From an uncultured Verrucomicrobiota bacterium (GTDB taxonomy: Bacteria; Verrucomicrobiota; Verrucomicrobiia; Limisphaerales; UBA9464), in NCBI GenBank assembly GCA_903907995.1, contig CAIVQH010000004.1, positions 4,049 to 68,048 of the forward strand: a stretch of 64,000 bases of DNA, given 5' to 3'. This document shows positions 9,730-18,863 of the stretch, piece after piece. A program made the position numbers and the translations under genes. Each line of letters begins with the position of its first letter. Position 1 is the first letter of the stretch. The notes below the pieces were generated by a model, which saw nothing but the letters and a program-made list of their open reading frames with translations, did no database searches and had not been told where the DNA came from.

Positions 9730-9923
9730 GGCAGAAGGGAGCAGGACCAGCGCCGGCGCGGCCGGCGGCCGATCGTCGCAGAACACCTGCATCCATCCAG
9801 GAAAGGCGAAAGCTTCCATCCAAGGAAGAACGCGCGGCGCTGGAGTTCAGATGCATGATGTTCAGCAAAAGTTGGGTGAAGCTTGGCAAATCCGCCGCCG
9901 CGGAGCCACCCGGATTTTCCCGT

Positions 9924-9953
9924 GCATCCAAAGTTTCACGGTGGGCGTTAAGA
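9924..9953 (+). promoter_or_regulatory. Candidate ECF promoter for the DUF4331 operon
   Basis: GCATCC-N16-CGTTAAGA, resembling the TGATCC-N16-CGTA type of RpoE/ChrR and SigK-like sigmas; about 90 bp upstream of 10045. Confidence 0.45.
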
Positions 9954-10044
9954 AGAACGTCACGCCCGCACGCGCAGTTGATGAGGTCTCCGCCGCCCCG
10001 GTGGAACCCCTCGTAACAAACATCAAACCGATACGAAACCTCCC

Positions 10045-11685
10045 ATGAACCGCAAACCTATCACCGCACCGGCCCTGCTTGCCGGGGCCTTCCTCGCCGT
10101 CAGCGCACTCGCCTCCAGCCATCGCGAGGCGCCGCTCATCACCAGCACGCCCAAGCTCGATGGCGCCGACTTCTATGCTTTCAACAGCTATGAGCCAGGG
10201 CGTACCAACTATGTCACGTTTGTCGCCGACTATCTGCCGCTTCAGGACGCCTACGGCGGACCGAACTACTTCCAGCTCGACCCGAACGCGCTCTACGAGA
10301 TCCATGTGGACAACACCGGAGACGGGGTTGAAGACCTTACCTTCCAGTTCCGCTTCGGCAGCGTCTCCAAGGATATTTCCCTCGTCATCGGCTCGGGCGA
10401 CAGCAAGCAGACCAACGCCATCCCGCTGCTGGCCGCCGGTCCGGTCACCGCCGGCAACACCGGCGCCCTCAACGTGGAGCAGAGCTACTCCCTTACGATC
10501 GTCAAGGGACCGCGCCGCACCGGCACGGCGACGCCCGTGGTGAATCCGAAGGACGGATCAACCAAGTTCATCAAGCCGCAGGACAACGCGGGCAACAAGA
10601 CGTTCCCCGATTACGACGCCTACGCAGACAGATACCTCTATGAATTCGCCCTGCCCGGCACCGACAAGAAGGGCAAGGTCTTCGTCGGTCAGCGCAAGGA
10701 CCCGTTTGTGGTGAATCTGGGTGAGACCTTCGACCTGGTGAACCTGAACCCGCTGGGGCCGCTGGACGGTGCGAAGGATACCCTCGCGGACAAAAACGTC
10801 ACCGCGCTATGCTTGGAGCTGCCGACGGACTTCCTGCTAGCCGGTGGCAGCGGCCCGGTCATCGGCGCATGGACGACGGCGAGCACCGTGGTCAAAGGAA
10901 CGGCTGGCGCGCCCGATCAGATTACCCAGGCCTCACGGCTCGGCATGCCCCTGGTGAACGAGCTTGTCATCGGCCTCAAGGACAAGGACGCCTTCAACGC
11001 CTCCGAACCCAAGAACGACGGCCAGTTTGCCGCCTATGTCACGCACCCGACACTGCCCGCGCTGCTGGAGCTGCTCTTCAATGTGCCCGCCCCGACCGCC
11101 TTCCCGCGCAATGACCTCATCGCGGTGTTTGTCACGGGCGTGGATGGGTTGAACAAGTTTGGCTTCGGTGAAATGCAGCGGCTGAACACGGCTGTTCCCG
11201 CCACGCCGCTCGCCCAGCAGAACAACCTGGGCGTCATCGCCGGCTTCGACAAGGGCGTGCTCACGGCGTCCAAGGCCGACCTCGCCGGCTATCCCAATGG
11301 TCGCCGTCCCGGTGATGACGTGGTGGACATCTCCCTGCGCGTCGTGATGGGCAAGCTGCTCACCCCCGATGTGGCCCCGGTGGGCGATGCCCCGCTGACG
11401 GATGGTGCGAATGTCAATGCGACCATGTTCCTGAACCGCTTCCCGTATCTGACCTCGCCGCTGCCGGGTTCGCCGAACGATTCCACGATCACGTTCACGC
11501 CGCAGACCGCGCCGGGTGCGGCCGGGCCGTTCAAGTCCGTGAAGGGCACCTTCGATCCCGCCACGAGCAAGCTCACGGTGCCCACCGCCGGTGGGGCCGG
11601 ATTTCTCCGCGTGAAATCCGACGCCAAGGTTGGCCTGGCCAGCCCGACCGCTGGCGACGGCACGATCACCGCGACGGTGAAGTGA
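10045..11685 (+). CDS. DUF4331-domain exported protein
   Basis: Signal peptide then SSHREAP..DFYAF, GQRKDPF, SRLGMPLVNEL, GYPNGRRPGDDVVDI. Confidence 0.88.
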   Translation: MNRKPITAPALLAGAFLAVSALASSHREAPLITSTPKLDGADFYAFNSYEPGRTNYVTFVADYLPLQDAYGGPNYFQLDPNALYEIHVDNTGDGVEDLTFQFRFGSVSKDISLVIGSGDSKQTNAIPLLAAGPVTAGNTGALNVEQSYSLTIVKGPRRTGTATPVVNPKDGSTKFIKPQDNAGNKTFPDYDAYADRYLYEFALPGTDKKGKVFVGQRKDPFVVNLGETFDLVNLNPLGPLDGAKDTLADKNVTALCLELPTDFLLAGGSGPVIGAWTTASTVVKGTAGAPDQITQASRLGMPLVNELVIGLKDKDAFNASEPKNDGQFAAYVTHPTLPALLELLFNVPAPTAFPRNDLIAVFVTGVDGLNKFGFGEMQRLNTAVPATPLAQQNNLGVIAGFDKGVLTASKADLAGYPNGRRPGDDVVDISLRVVMGKLLTPDVAPVGDAPLTDGANVNATMFLNRFPYLTSPLPGSPNDSTITFTPQTAPGAAGPFKSVKGTFDPATSKLTVPTAGGAGFLRVKSDAKVGLASPTAGDGTITATVK

Positions 11686-11718
11686 GGCAGATGATTGCGT
11701 CTCTCGGATGAGAGACCA

Positions 11719-11769
11719 CGGCGGGGTTTGCGATTGGGAAAATGTGTGTGCGCGAACCCCGCCGCTTTT
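11719..11769 (+). terminator. Terminator-like hairpin after the DUF4331 gene
   Basis: CGGCGGGGTTTGCG...CGCGAACCCCGCCG then CTTTT; large loop. Confidence 0.5.
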
Positions 11770-11814
11770 CATTCCGACGAGCCTTCAAAACAATTTGGAA
11801 ATCGTGTGAAACCA

Positions 11815-13158
11815 ATGATCGGCCCGCCCCGTCTGCCCTCATTGGCCGGCGCAAAATCTGCTTCACAAACTTACTCAACCAGCGAGTGGGCAGCCGTCCC
11901 CCACCGGTCGTGGGGGACGGCGCCGGTCGGTCTTCCTTCTGCGTCTTCCTTCGATTTCCGGACGCGTGCGTTTTTTTCGTGGCGTCTCGGTGTCGGGTTG
12001 CTCGCCTGTTTCTGGACTGCTTTTGGGTACGCCGCTGTCACGCCGACATTCGTTCCGACCGACGATGCCCAAGTGGTTGCGCAACTCCGGCCTTCCGGGC
12101 TGAGCTCCGGCGAGCGCGAACTGCGCACGCTCCGGGCCTCACTGGCGCAAAACCCGACCAATCTTCCGCTCGCGACCGACGTGGCGCGTCGGCTGATCCA
12201 GCAGGCCCGGCGTGAATCGGACCCGCGTTTTCTGGGGCAGGCGGAGGTGGCGCTGGCTCCGTGGTGGAATCAGGCTGTTCCGCCCGTCGAGGCGCTCGTG
12301 TTGAGGGCGACCATCCGCCAGAGCCTGCACGATTTCACCACCGCCCTGACCGACCTCGACGCGGCGCTGGCCATCGACGGCCGAAATCTTCAGGTGTGGC
12401 TGACCAAGTTCACCGTTCATACGGTCCGGGGAGAATATGAGTCCGCCCGTCGCGCCTGCGTGCCGCTGCTGCGGCTGGGTGACAACCTCACCGCCACGAC
12501 GGCTGCGGCCACGCTGGCCAGCCTGACCGGGGATGCCGCCCGTAGCCTTAAATTGCTTGATGCCGCTCTCACACGTGACGCCCAGGCCCCGGTGGCCACG
12601 CGGGTTTGGGCGCTCACACAGCTGGCCGAAACCTCGGACCGGCTTGGGCATACGGCGGATGCCGAGCGTCATTTCCAAGCTGCTCTTGCGCTGGCACCGC
12701 ACGATCCCTATCTGCTTGGGGCCTATGCCGATTTTCTGCTGGATCAGCACCGTCCGGCCGAGGTGGCTTCATTGCTCCGCGATTTTGCCCGGATGGATGG
12801 CCTGTTGCTACGCTTGGCGGAAGCCCACGCGGTTCGGCCGGCGGAAAGCTCAGCGCTGAAGTCCGAGGTGGCCGAGTTGAGCGCCCGTTTCGCGAATGCC
12901 CGGGATCGTGGTGACCGTGTGCACCTGCGCGAGGAGGCGCGGTTCCACCTGCGCCTGCTCGGCCAGCCGACGTCTGCACTTCCGCTCGCTCGGGACAACT
13001 GGGCCATCCAAAAGGAACCCGCCGATGCCCGGCTCCTGCTCGAAGCGGCACGCCTGGCGAAGGATCGCCCCACGGAAGACGCCGTGCTCGCTTGGGTCGC
13101 GACCAACAGGCTTGAGGACATCCACCTGCAACCCCGCGCGCTGGCTTCCCTGCCATGA
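11815..13158 (+). CDS. Exported TPR protein (DUF4331-associated); start uncertain
   Basis: PTDDAQVVAQL, DPRFLGQAE, HLREEARF, NWAIQKEPAD with TPR helices; the nearest in-frame ATG lies far upstream of the signal-like segment. Confidence 0.78.
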   Translation: MIGPPRLPSLAGAKSASQTYSTSEWAAVPHRSWGTAPVGLPSASSFDFRTRAFFSWRLGVGLLACFWTAFGYAAVTPTFVPTDDAQVVAQLRPSGLSSGERELRTLRASLAQNPTNLPLATDVARRLIQQARRESDPRFLGQAEVALAPWWNQAVPPVEALVLRATIRQSLHDFTTALTDLDAALAIDGRNLQVWLTKFTVHTVRGEYESARRACVPLLRLGDNLTATTAAATLASLTGDAARSLKLLDAALTRDAQAPVATRVWALTQLAETSDRLGHTADAERHFQAALALAPHDPYLLGAYADFLLDQHRPAEVASLLRDFARMDGLLLRLAEAHAVRPAESSALKSEVAELSARFANARDRGDRVHLREEARFHLRLLGQPTSALPLARDNWAIQKEPADARLLLEAARLAKDRPTEDAVLAWVATNRLEDIHLQPRALASLP

Positions 13159-14363
13159 CCTTCATTCGCCCCCTGCTGTTATGCCTCCTCTGCCTGGTGG
13201 CATTTTCCGTGCAAGCCCACACCGCGAGCACCGCGTGGCTCACGCTTTCCGTTTCCAACGCGACCGTCACCGGCCAGTGGGAGATTTCCCTGCGCGATCT
13301 CGACGACGTGCTCGGTCTCGATGCCAATGACGACGGCCAGCTCACCTGGGGCGAGCTCCGCGCCCGCCATGCCGACGTGGCCGCCTATGCGCTCAAACAT
13401 CTCACGCTGCGAGCTGACGGAGATCCGCTGACGCTACGGGTGCGGGAACATCGGTTGAGCGAGCGCGGCGGCGGGACTTGTGCCGTCTTGCGTTTCGAGG
13501 CCACGGCGGCGGCTCCGGTTCGCGAGCTGGCGCTCGACTACCGGCTCTTCTTCGACCGTGACCCGCTGCATCGCGGACTGGTGAGCCAGACCGATAGCGG
13601 CCATCCGCTGTCCTTGGAAGAAAAGGCCGGGCCGGTGAACACCTCTGTCCTCAGCCCGGAACGTCCGACGGTTACGTTTCATTTAGCCGATCATAAGGCT
13701 GCCAGCTCCTTCACCCGTTTTGTGCGCGAAGGCATTCACCACATCTGGACCGGCTACGATCATCTGCTCTTCCTGCTCGCGCTGCTGTTGCCTGCCGTGC
13801 TCTGGCGGGATGCCACGGGCTGGCGGCCGCAGCCATCCTTCCGTCAGTCGCTGGGGCGGGTGCTGCAAGTGGTCACGGCGTTCACCGTGGCGCATTCGAT
13901 CACGCTGGCGCTTGCCGCGTTTGACCTCGTGCGCCTGCCCTCCCGGCTGGTGGAGAGCACCATCGCCGCCAGCATCGCCGTTGCCGCCCTGGCCAACCTG
14001 CGTCGAGGCAAGACAGGTGAAACCGGCCCCGGTCTGGGACACTCAAGATGGGCGCGACTGGCCGGGCAGCCTTGGGTGATGGCTTTCGCCTTTGGGCTGA
14101 TTCATGGCTTCGGCTTCGCCGGGGCCCTGAGCGAACTGGATCTGCACCGGGGCGCCCTGGCGGTTCCGCTCGTTGGCTTCAATCTCGGCGTCGAAGCCGG
14201 CCAGCTCGCCTGCGTCGCGGTGTTCCTGCCCCTGGCGTTTGCCCTCCGAGGTTCGCGTTTTTATCGTTTCGGCGCGCTGCCGGTTGCCTCGGTGGGAATC
14301 CTGCTGCTGGCTGGCGGTTGGTTCGTCGAACGTGCTTGTGATGTGAAATTCTTGCCCTTTTAA
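13155..14363 (+). CDS. HupE/UreJ-family membrane protein with periplasmic N-terminal domain
   Basis: GIHHIWTGYDHLLF, TAFTVAHSITL, FGLIHGFGFA, GFNLGVEAGQ; mature N-terminus begins with His; DxNDDG motif. Confidence 0.88.
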   Translation: MTFIRPLLLCLLCLVAFSVQAHTASTAWLTLSVSNATVTGQWEISLRDLDDVLGLDANDDGQLTWGELRARHADVAAYALKHLTLRADGDPLTLRVREHRLSERGGGTCAVLRFEATAAAPVRELALDYRLFFDRDPLHRGLVSQTDSGHPLSLEEKAGPVNTSVLSPERPTVTFHLADHKAASSFTRFVREGIHHIWTGYDHLLFLLALLLPAVLWRDATGWRPQPSFRQSLGRVLQVVTAFTVAHSITLALAAFDLVRLPSRLVESTIAASIAVAALANLRRGKTGETGPGLGHSRWARLAGQPWVMAFAFGLIHGFGFAGALSELDLHRGALAVPLVGFNLGVEAGQLACVAVFLPLAFALRGSRFYRFGALPVASVGILLLAGGWFVERACDVKFLPF

Positions 14364-14402
14364 ATTCTGTCTGTTTGGTTCGTCGGGTCTGAAGCCTGTC
14401 CC

Positions 14403-14660
14403 ATGAGACGTCCCTCCTTCCTCCGGTTGAACGTGTGGTTGCTGTTGGTGCTTGCGACCGGCTGCTCCACCTCGAAATCGGCGCCTTCTTGGATGGGTGA
14501 CGTCGACTCAAGCTCCCATCCGGGACTGAAACCGCTGAATGCAGTCTCGCCTACCCCGCCCCCGGAAAACTGGGACGGGGCCAGAGACATTGCCGATCTT
14601 CTTCAGGAGACGTTGCAGAAACCCACTCCAAGCTCACCCTCCGCTGGCCCTTGGCGGTAA
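14403..14660 (+). CDS. Small hypothetical lipoprotein
   Basis: LLLVLATGC lipobox, 85 aa. Confidence 0.5.
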   Translation: MRRPSFLRLNVWLLLVLATGCSTSKSAPSWMGDVDSSSHPGLKPLNAVSPTPPPENWDGARDIADLLQETLQKPTPSSPSAGPWR

Positions 14661-14678
14661 CATTGGGTTCACTTCGGC

Positions 14679-15971
14679 ATGGTCACCGAGGTCCTGCCTG
14701 ATCCTGCGTCCGACACTCCGAAATCCCCGGTGGAGTCCCGTCGGATCGTGTCCCTGGATGCCGTGCGGGGATTGGTGATGTTCACGATGATTTTTGTGAA
14801 CGATCTCGCGGGTGCGCCGCATGAGATTGTGCCCTGGTGGATGCGCCATTTTAAGGGTGACGGCAACGGGATGACCTTCGTGGACCTCGTTTTCCCCGGG
14901 TTTCTTTTCATCATTGGGATGTCCGTTCCGCTCGCGTTCGGCGGGCGAATCGCGCGGGGCGAGCCCGTCTGGAAAACCCTCGCCCATATTCTCGGCCGGA
15001 CGCTGGCGCTGCTGCTCATCGGCATCCTCATGGTCAATGAGACCCCCAGCACCGCCAAGCTCGGCTGGTCTGGCGACCTATGGTGCACGTTGATGTATCT
15101 CTCCGCGATCCTGGCTTTCTGTTCGTGGTCAGGAGTGCGTGACCAGGCATCGTCCCAGCCACCCAAACCGGCGCTGAAGATCATCAACCTTCTTGCCCGA
15201 ACGATTGGCTTTGCTGCGCTGGCGTTTCTGGCCTTTGCGTTCCGGGGTGAGGATGGCCATCGGATCATCTCGCTCTCCCCGTTTTCCATTCACACGGAAT
15301 GGTATGGGATTCTTGGCCTGAACGGCTGGGCCTATCTTGTCGCCGCGTCGGTATTCCTGATGTTCGGCCCCCGCCGGACCGCGTTGCTGGCGAGTGTGGT
15401 GCTCCTGATGTGTCTCTATCCGGCCGAGCGGCATGGTGCCTTCGACCATTTCTGGCTGAACCGTATCGTCGGCATCGGTGGAACACTCGGATCACAGGGC
15501 GCTATCGCGGTCGCCGGCCTGTTGCTGGCCTCGATTCTGGTGACGCCGGAGACGGCCTGTCCAGGAGCACGGTTCCGGTTCACGCTCCTCTTCATCGCGG
15601 GCTTTGCGGCGGCCGCCCTGCTGACGTACGGCCTCTACGGCATCAACAAAAACTCGGCCACGCCATCCTGGTGTCTCTGGGCCTGCGCCATCACTGCGAC
15701 CCTCTGGCTCGGCTTCTATCTCGTGGGGGATGTCGCCCTCCGGAGCGGCCTGATCCGCCCCTTTTCGATTGCCGGGCAGAACGTGTTGCTGGCCTATCTC
15801 CTCTCGGAAGGCCTGCCTTCGACGCTCACCGTGCTGCATCTGGACGGCTGGTACGACCGGCTCGGCTCGCCGGACCTGGCCCACGCGATCGCGCGCTCCG
15901 TCGGCTGTAGCGTGGTGATCCTGCTGGCGACCAGCCTGCTGAATCGCGCGGGCTTTCGCTTAAGGCTCTAG
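14679..15971 (+). CDS. NagX/HGSNAT-like (DUF5009) membrane acyltransferase-family protein
   Basis: RIVSLDAVRGL..MIFVND, H..GMTFVDLVFPGFLFIIGMS, INKNSATPSW. Confidence 0.82.
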   Translation: MVTEVLPDPASDTPKSPVESRRIVSLDAVRGLVMFTMIFVNDLAGAPHEIVPWWMRHFKGDGNGMTFVDLVFPGFLFIIGMSVPLAFGGRIARGEPVWKTLAHILGRTLALLLIGILMVNETPSTAKLGWSGDLWCTLMYLSAILAFCSWSGVRDQASSQPPKPALKIINLLARTIGFAALAFLAFAFRGEDGHRIISLSPFSIHTEWYGILGLNGWAYLVAASVFLMFGPRRTALLASVVLLMCLYPAERHGAFDHFWLNRIVGIGGTLGSQGAIAVAGLLLASILVTPETACPGARFRFTLLFIAGFAAAALLTYGLYGINKNSATPSWCLWACAITATLWLGFYLVGDVALRSGLIRPFSIAGQNVLLAYLLSEGLPSTLTVLHLDGWYDRLGSPDLAHAIARSVGCSVVILLATSLLNRAGFRLRL

Positions 15972-16319
15972 AACGGCACCGAAAATTCGCGGCCAAAAAA
16001 TCCCGCCCCAGCTGCCGACGTCACCAACGCGCGGCAGTCGGCGTCGATCATCTCAACATTCCAACATCCTGCGCGGCGCTCGCCAGCTGCTGCCAGTGAC
16101 GGCTTTCTTCGCGGGTGAGGGTTGGGGGACGGCGGAGTGAAGGGGGTACGGCTCCTGGGGTGTCGTGGTCTGGTAATCGCGGACTTCCCGGTACGCCTTC
16201 ACCCACACAGAGCCATGTTCGCGGCATAGAGCAGCGGGTTTTTAAGCTTCACGTGGGCTTTTCCGGTATCCGTATTTAGTCCGCAGAAATGCAATGTCTG
16301 CGGAAATCCTCAGGAAAAG

Positions 16320-16396
16320 TGGCGGGAGTGGCGGGGCTCGAACCCGTAACCTCTGCCGTGACAGGGCAGCGCTCTAACCAATTGAGCTACACCCCC
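16320..16396 (-). tRNA. tRNA-Asp (GTC)
   Basis: GGGGGTGTAGCTCAATTGGTTAGAGCGCTGCCCTGTCACGGCAGAGGTTACGGGTTCGAGCCCCGCCACTCCCGCCA; folds as a cloverleaf with encoded CCA. Confidence 0.97.
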
Positions 16397-16413
16397 GCTC
16401 GGGGTGGGCGCGT

Positions 16414-16441
16414 GTTTTACGTTGTGGAAGCGCCGAGTCAA
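16414..16441 (-). promoter_or_regulatory. Sigma70-type promoter for tRNA-Asp
   Basis: TTGACT-16-TAAAAC on the minus strand just upstream of the tRNA. Confidence 0.6.
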
Positions 16442-16497
16442 CGATTTTGTCCCGGAAAAGTAACTCCTGAACAGAGGACGGGGAGGGAGACAAGGGT

Positions 16498-16568
16498 GAT
16501 TCGGGCCGCAGACGCCAAGGAGGTGGGGGTGGGGAACCCCGCTGAAGAAACGTACTACAGCCCGAATC
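16498..16568 (-). ncRNA. Candidate small structured RNA
   Basis: About 17-bp stem closing a C-rich loop; begins at the predicted +1 of the TTGACA-17-TAGCGT promoter. Confidence 0.4.
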
Positions 16569-16575
16569 GGAAGTA

Positions 16576-16604
16576 ACGCTATGAACGAGGATAGGGGTTG
16601 TCAA
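16576..16604 (-). promoter_or_regulatory. Sigma70-type promoter
   Basis: TTGACA-acccctatcctcgttca(17)-TAGCGT. Confidence 0.6.
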
Positions 16605-16857
16605 TGCACAGAGGCCCCGATACTTACTTTTACTGAGCAAATGCGGATGCCCCAACCGGGGCAGGAAAACCGCCACTTTGCTCGCCCGATCCGCCCCGCA
16701 GTCGTGAAACCAACGAAGCCGGGCGGGCGTCTGAAAAACGGGGGGTCGTCATCGCCGGCTGCAGACGGGTTTGGTGCCAGGGCGTTTCAGGGACGACATT
16801 TCCTGAACAACCCGGACTTGACCGCGCGGGCCGCTGTGTTTGCATGGGCGCGCGCTT

Positions 16858-17232
16858 ATGAAGCTTCTTACCGCAATTTCCCTCGGCATCGCCCTGCTCG
16901 CTGCCTCAGGTTGCTATTCCACGCAGGAAGGCCGTTCCAAGTTTGGTGTGCCCCTGTCCAAGGACACCATCGAGAGCCGCTACGAGCGGCCGGTCGAGCA
17001 GGTGTTCGCCGCCGCCAAGGACACCCTGGCTTTCAACGGCACGCTGACGGGTGAAAACACCATCGCCAAGACCCTCGCCGCCAGCATCGACAACCGTACC
17101 GTGTGGGTGAAGGTGGACGAAGTCGAACCGCACGTGAGCCGCATCTTTGTGCAGGTCCGCAAAAGCGGCGGCGGCGCTGACATCTATCTCGCCAGCGAGC
17201 TCGATAAGCAGATTGCGCTGCGCCTGAAGTAA
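16858..17232 (+). CDS. Lipoprotein, DUF3568-like
   Basis: Lipobox LAASGC; short alpha/beta body ending ASELDKQIALRL. Confidence 0.65.
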   Translation: MKLLTAISLGIALLAASGCYSTQEGRSKFGVPLSKDTIESRYERPVEQVFAAAKDTLAFNGTLTGENTIAKTLAASIDNRTVWVKVDEVEPHVSRIFVQVRKSGGGADIYLASELDKQIALRLK

Positions 17233-17313
17233 CCGGCGCACAGGGCTTTTTTCGCGCAAGCGGCCGGATCACGCGATCCGGCCGTCTGTCTTTTCGGAGC
17301 GGCGTTGGAGCCC

Positions 17314-17388
17314 GGTAGGGTGGGCGTCTTCGCGAGCTGCGGCGCCTGGGTCTAAGGTGGCCCGGCTCGCGGGGACGCTCGCCCCACC
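17314..17388. repeat. GTAG-type REP doublet
   Basis: GGTAGGGTGGGCGTCTTCGCGAGCTG inverted against CGGCTCGCGGGGACGCTCGCCCCACC, between convergent genes. Confidence 0.65.
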
Positions 17389-17435
17389 GCACGCGTTTTC
17401 GGTCACCCCTACGTCCGTTACCGGGGTGAGCTGGC

Positions 17436-18815
17436 TCAGTCGAACATCTTCCCGGGATTCAGGATGCCCTGCGGGTCCAGGGCGCGACGCAGCTCACGCA
17501 TCACGCGCATCTGGGCGGTGCCGGCAAACTTCGGCAGGAATTCTTTCTTCGCGAGGCCCACACCGTGCTCCCCCGTGATCGTGCCGCCGAGCCGGATCGC
17601 CTCGTCGAAGATTTCACGGAAGGCCGCGTGGACGCGCTCCATCTCCTCGTGGTTACGCTCGTCGGTGAGAAACGTGGGATGCAGGTTGCCGTCGCCCATG
17701 TGGCCGAAGGTGCCGATGCGGAGCCGGTATTTCTGCGCAATGCAGTCGCAGAAGCGGACCATCTGCGCCAGCTCGCTGCGCGGCACCGTCACGTCCTCGA
17801 GGATGGTCGTCGGCGCGACCCGCGCGAGCGCGCTGAAGGCGCTGCGCCGGGCGCTGGCGAGCTGGTTGGCCTCGGCCTCGTCGCGGGCCACGCGAATCTC
17901 CAGGCAGCCGTTGCGCCGGGCGATGGCTTCCATCTGCGCCGCCTCCTCGGCAACCTGCGCCGGATGGCCGTCCGTCTCAATCAGCAGCAGCGCCTCACAA
18001 TCGGGCAGGCCGATCTTCGCGAAATCCTCGACGCAGCGGATCGTGGTGCGGTCCAGGAACTCCAGGGTGCAGGGAATGATCTGCGCCGCGATGATGTCGC
18101 TGACCGTCTGGGCCGCCGCGTCCATCTGGGCGTAGGTGGCGAGCATCGTCTTCTTGGCGGCCGGTTTGGGAATGAGCTTCAGCAGCACCTGGGTGATGAC
18201 CCCGAGCGTGCCCTCGCTGCCGATGAAGAGGTCCTTGAGCGAATAGCCTGCGACATCCTTCACGCACTTGTTGCCCGTGAACATGACCTCGCCGTCCGGC
18301 AGCACGACCTGCAGGCCCATCACGTAGTTGCGCGTGATGCCGTACTTCAGCCCGCGCAGCCCGCCGGAATTCTCGGCCACGTTGCCGCCGATGGTGGAGA
18401 TCTTCATCGAGCCAGGATCGGGCGGGTAGAACAGGCCCACGGCGGAGGCGGCCTCGGCGACGCGCAACGTGGTCACGCCGGGCTCGACCAGCATCGTCAG
18501 GTTGGCGCGGTCCACCTCGAGGATTTTGTCCATGAGCACCGTGCACAGCACGATGCAGTTGGGGGAGGGCAGGCTGCCACCGCTCAGCCCGGTGCCCGAA
18601 CCGCGCGTCACGACCGCGAGGTGCTCCCGCCGCGCGATTTCCAGCACGGTGATCACGTCCACCGCCGAACGTGCCAGCACCACGCAGCCGGGCATGGCGT
18701 TCAGGGCGGCGGTGCCGTCAAACGAGTACGGGATCAGGTCTTCCGGCGCGGTGAGCAGGGGCGCGCCGGCGAGGCGTGTCCGCAATTCGGCGAGGATGTT
18801 TTCCGGCAACGGCAT
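17436..18815 (-). CDS. glcD: FAD-linked oxidase, glycolate oxidase GlcD-like
   Basis: RGSGTGLSGG, YPPDPGS, GLKYGITR, GHMGDGNLHP, GEHGVG, LNPGK. Confidence 0.82.
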   Translation of the reverse strand: MPLPENILAELRTRLAGAPLLTAPEDLIPYSFDGTAALNAMPGCVVLARSAVDVITVLEIARREHLAVVTRGSGTGLSGGSLPSPNCIVLCTVLMDKILEVDRANLTMLVEPGVTTLRVAEAASAVGLFYPPDPGSMKISTIGGNVAENSGGLRGLKYGITRNYVMGLQVVLPDGEVMFTGNKCVKDVAGYSLKDLFIGSEGTLGVITQVLLKLIPKPAAKKTMLATYAQMDAAAQTVSDIIAAQIIPCTLEFLDRTTIRCVEDFAKIGLPDCEALLLIETDGHPAQVAEEAAQMEAIARRNGCLEIRVARDEAEANQLASARRSAFSALARVAPTTILEDVTVPRSELAQMVRFCDCIAQKYRLRIGTFGHMGDGNLHPTFLTDERNHEEMERVHAAFREIFDEAIRLGGTITGEHGVGLAKKEFLPKFAGTAQMRVMRELRRALDPQGILNPGKMFD

Positions 18816-18863
18816 GGGGCTCGCAGGGTGGTGCAGAAGTGCGCCAGCGGCAAGATGCCGCGA

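Noticed and set aside
16498-16568. SRP RNA or 6S RNA identity for the hairpin
   Set aside because: No SRP domain IV motif (CAGG...GGAA...AGCAG); too short for 6S
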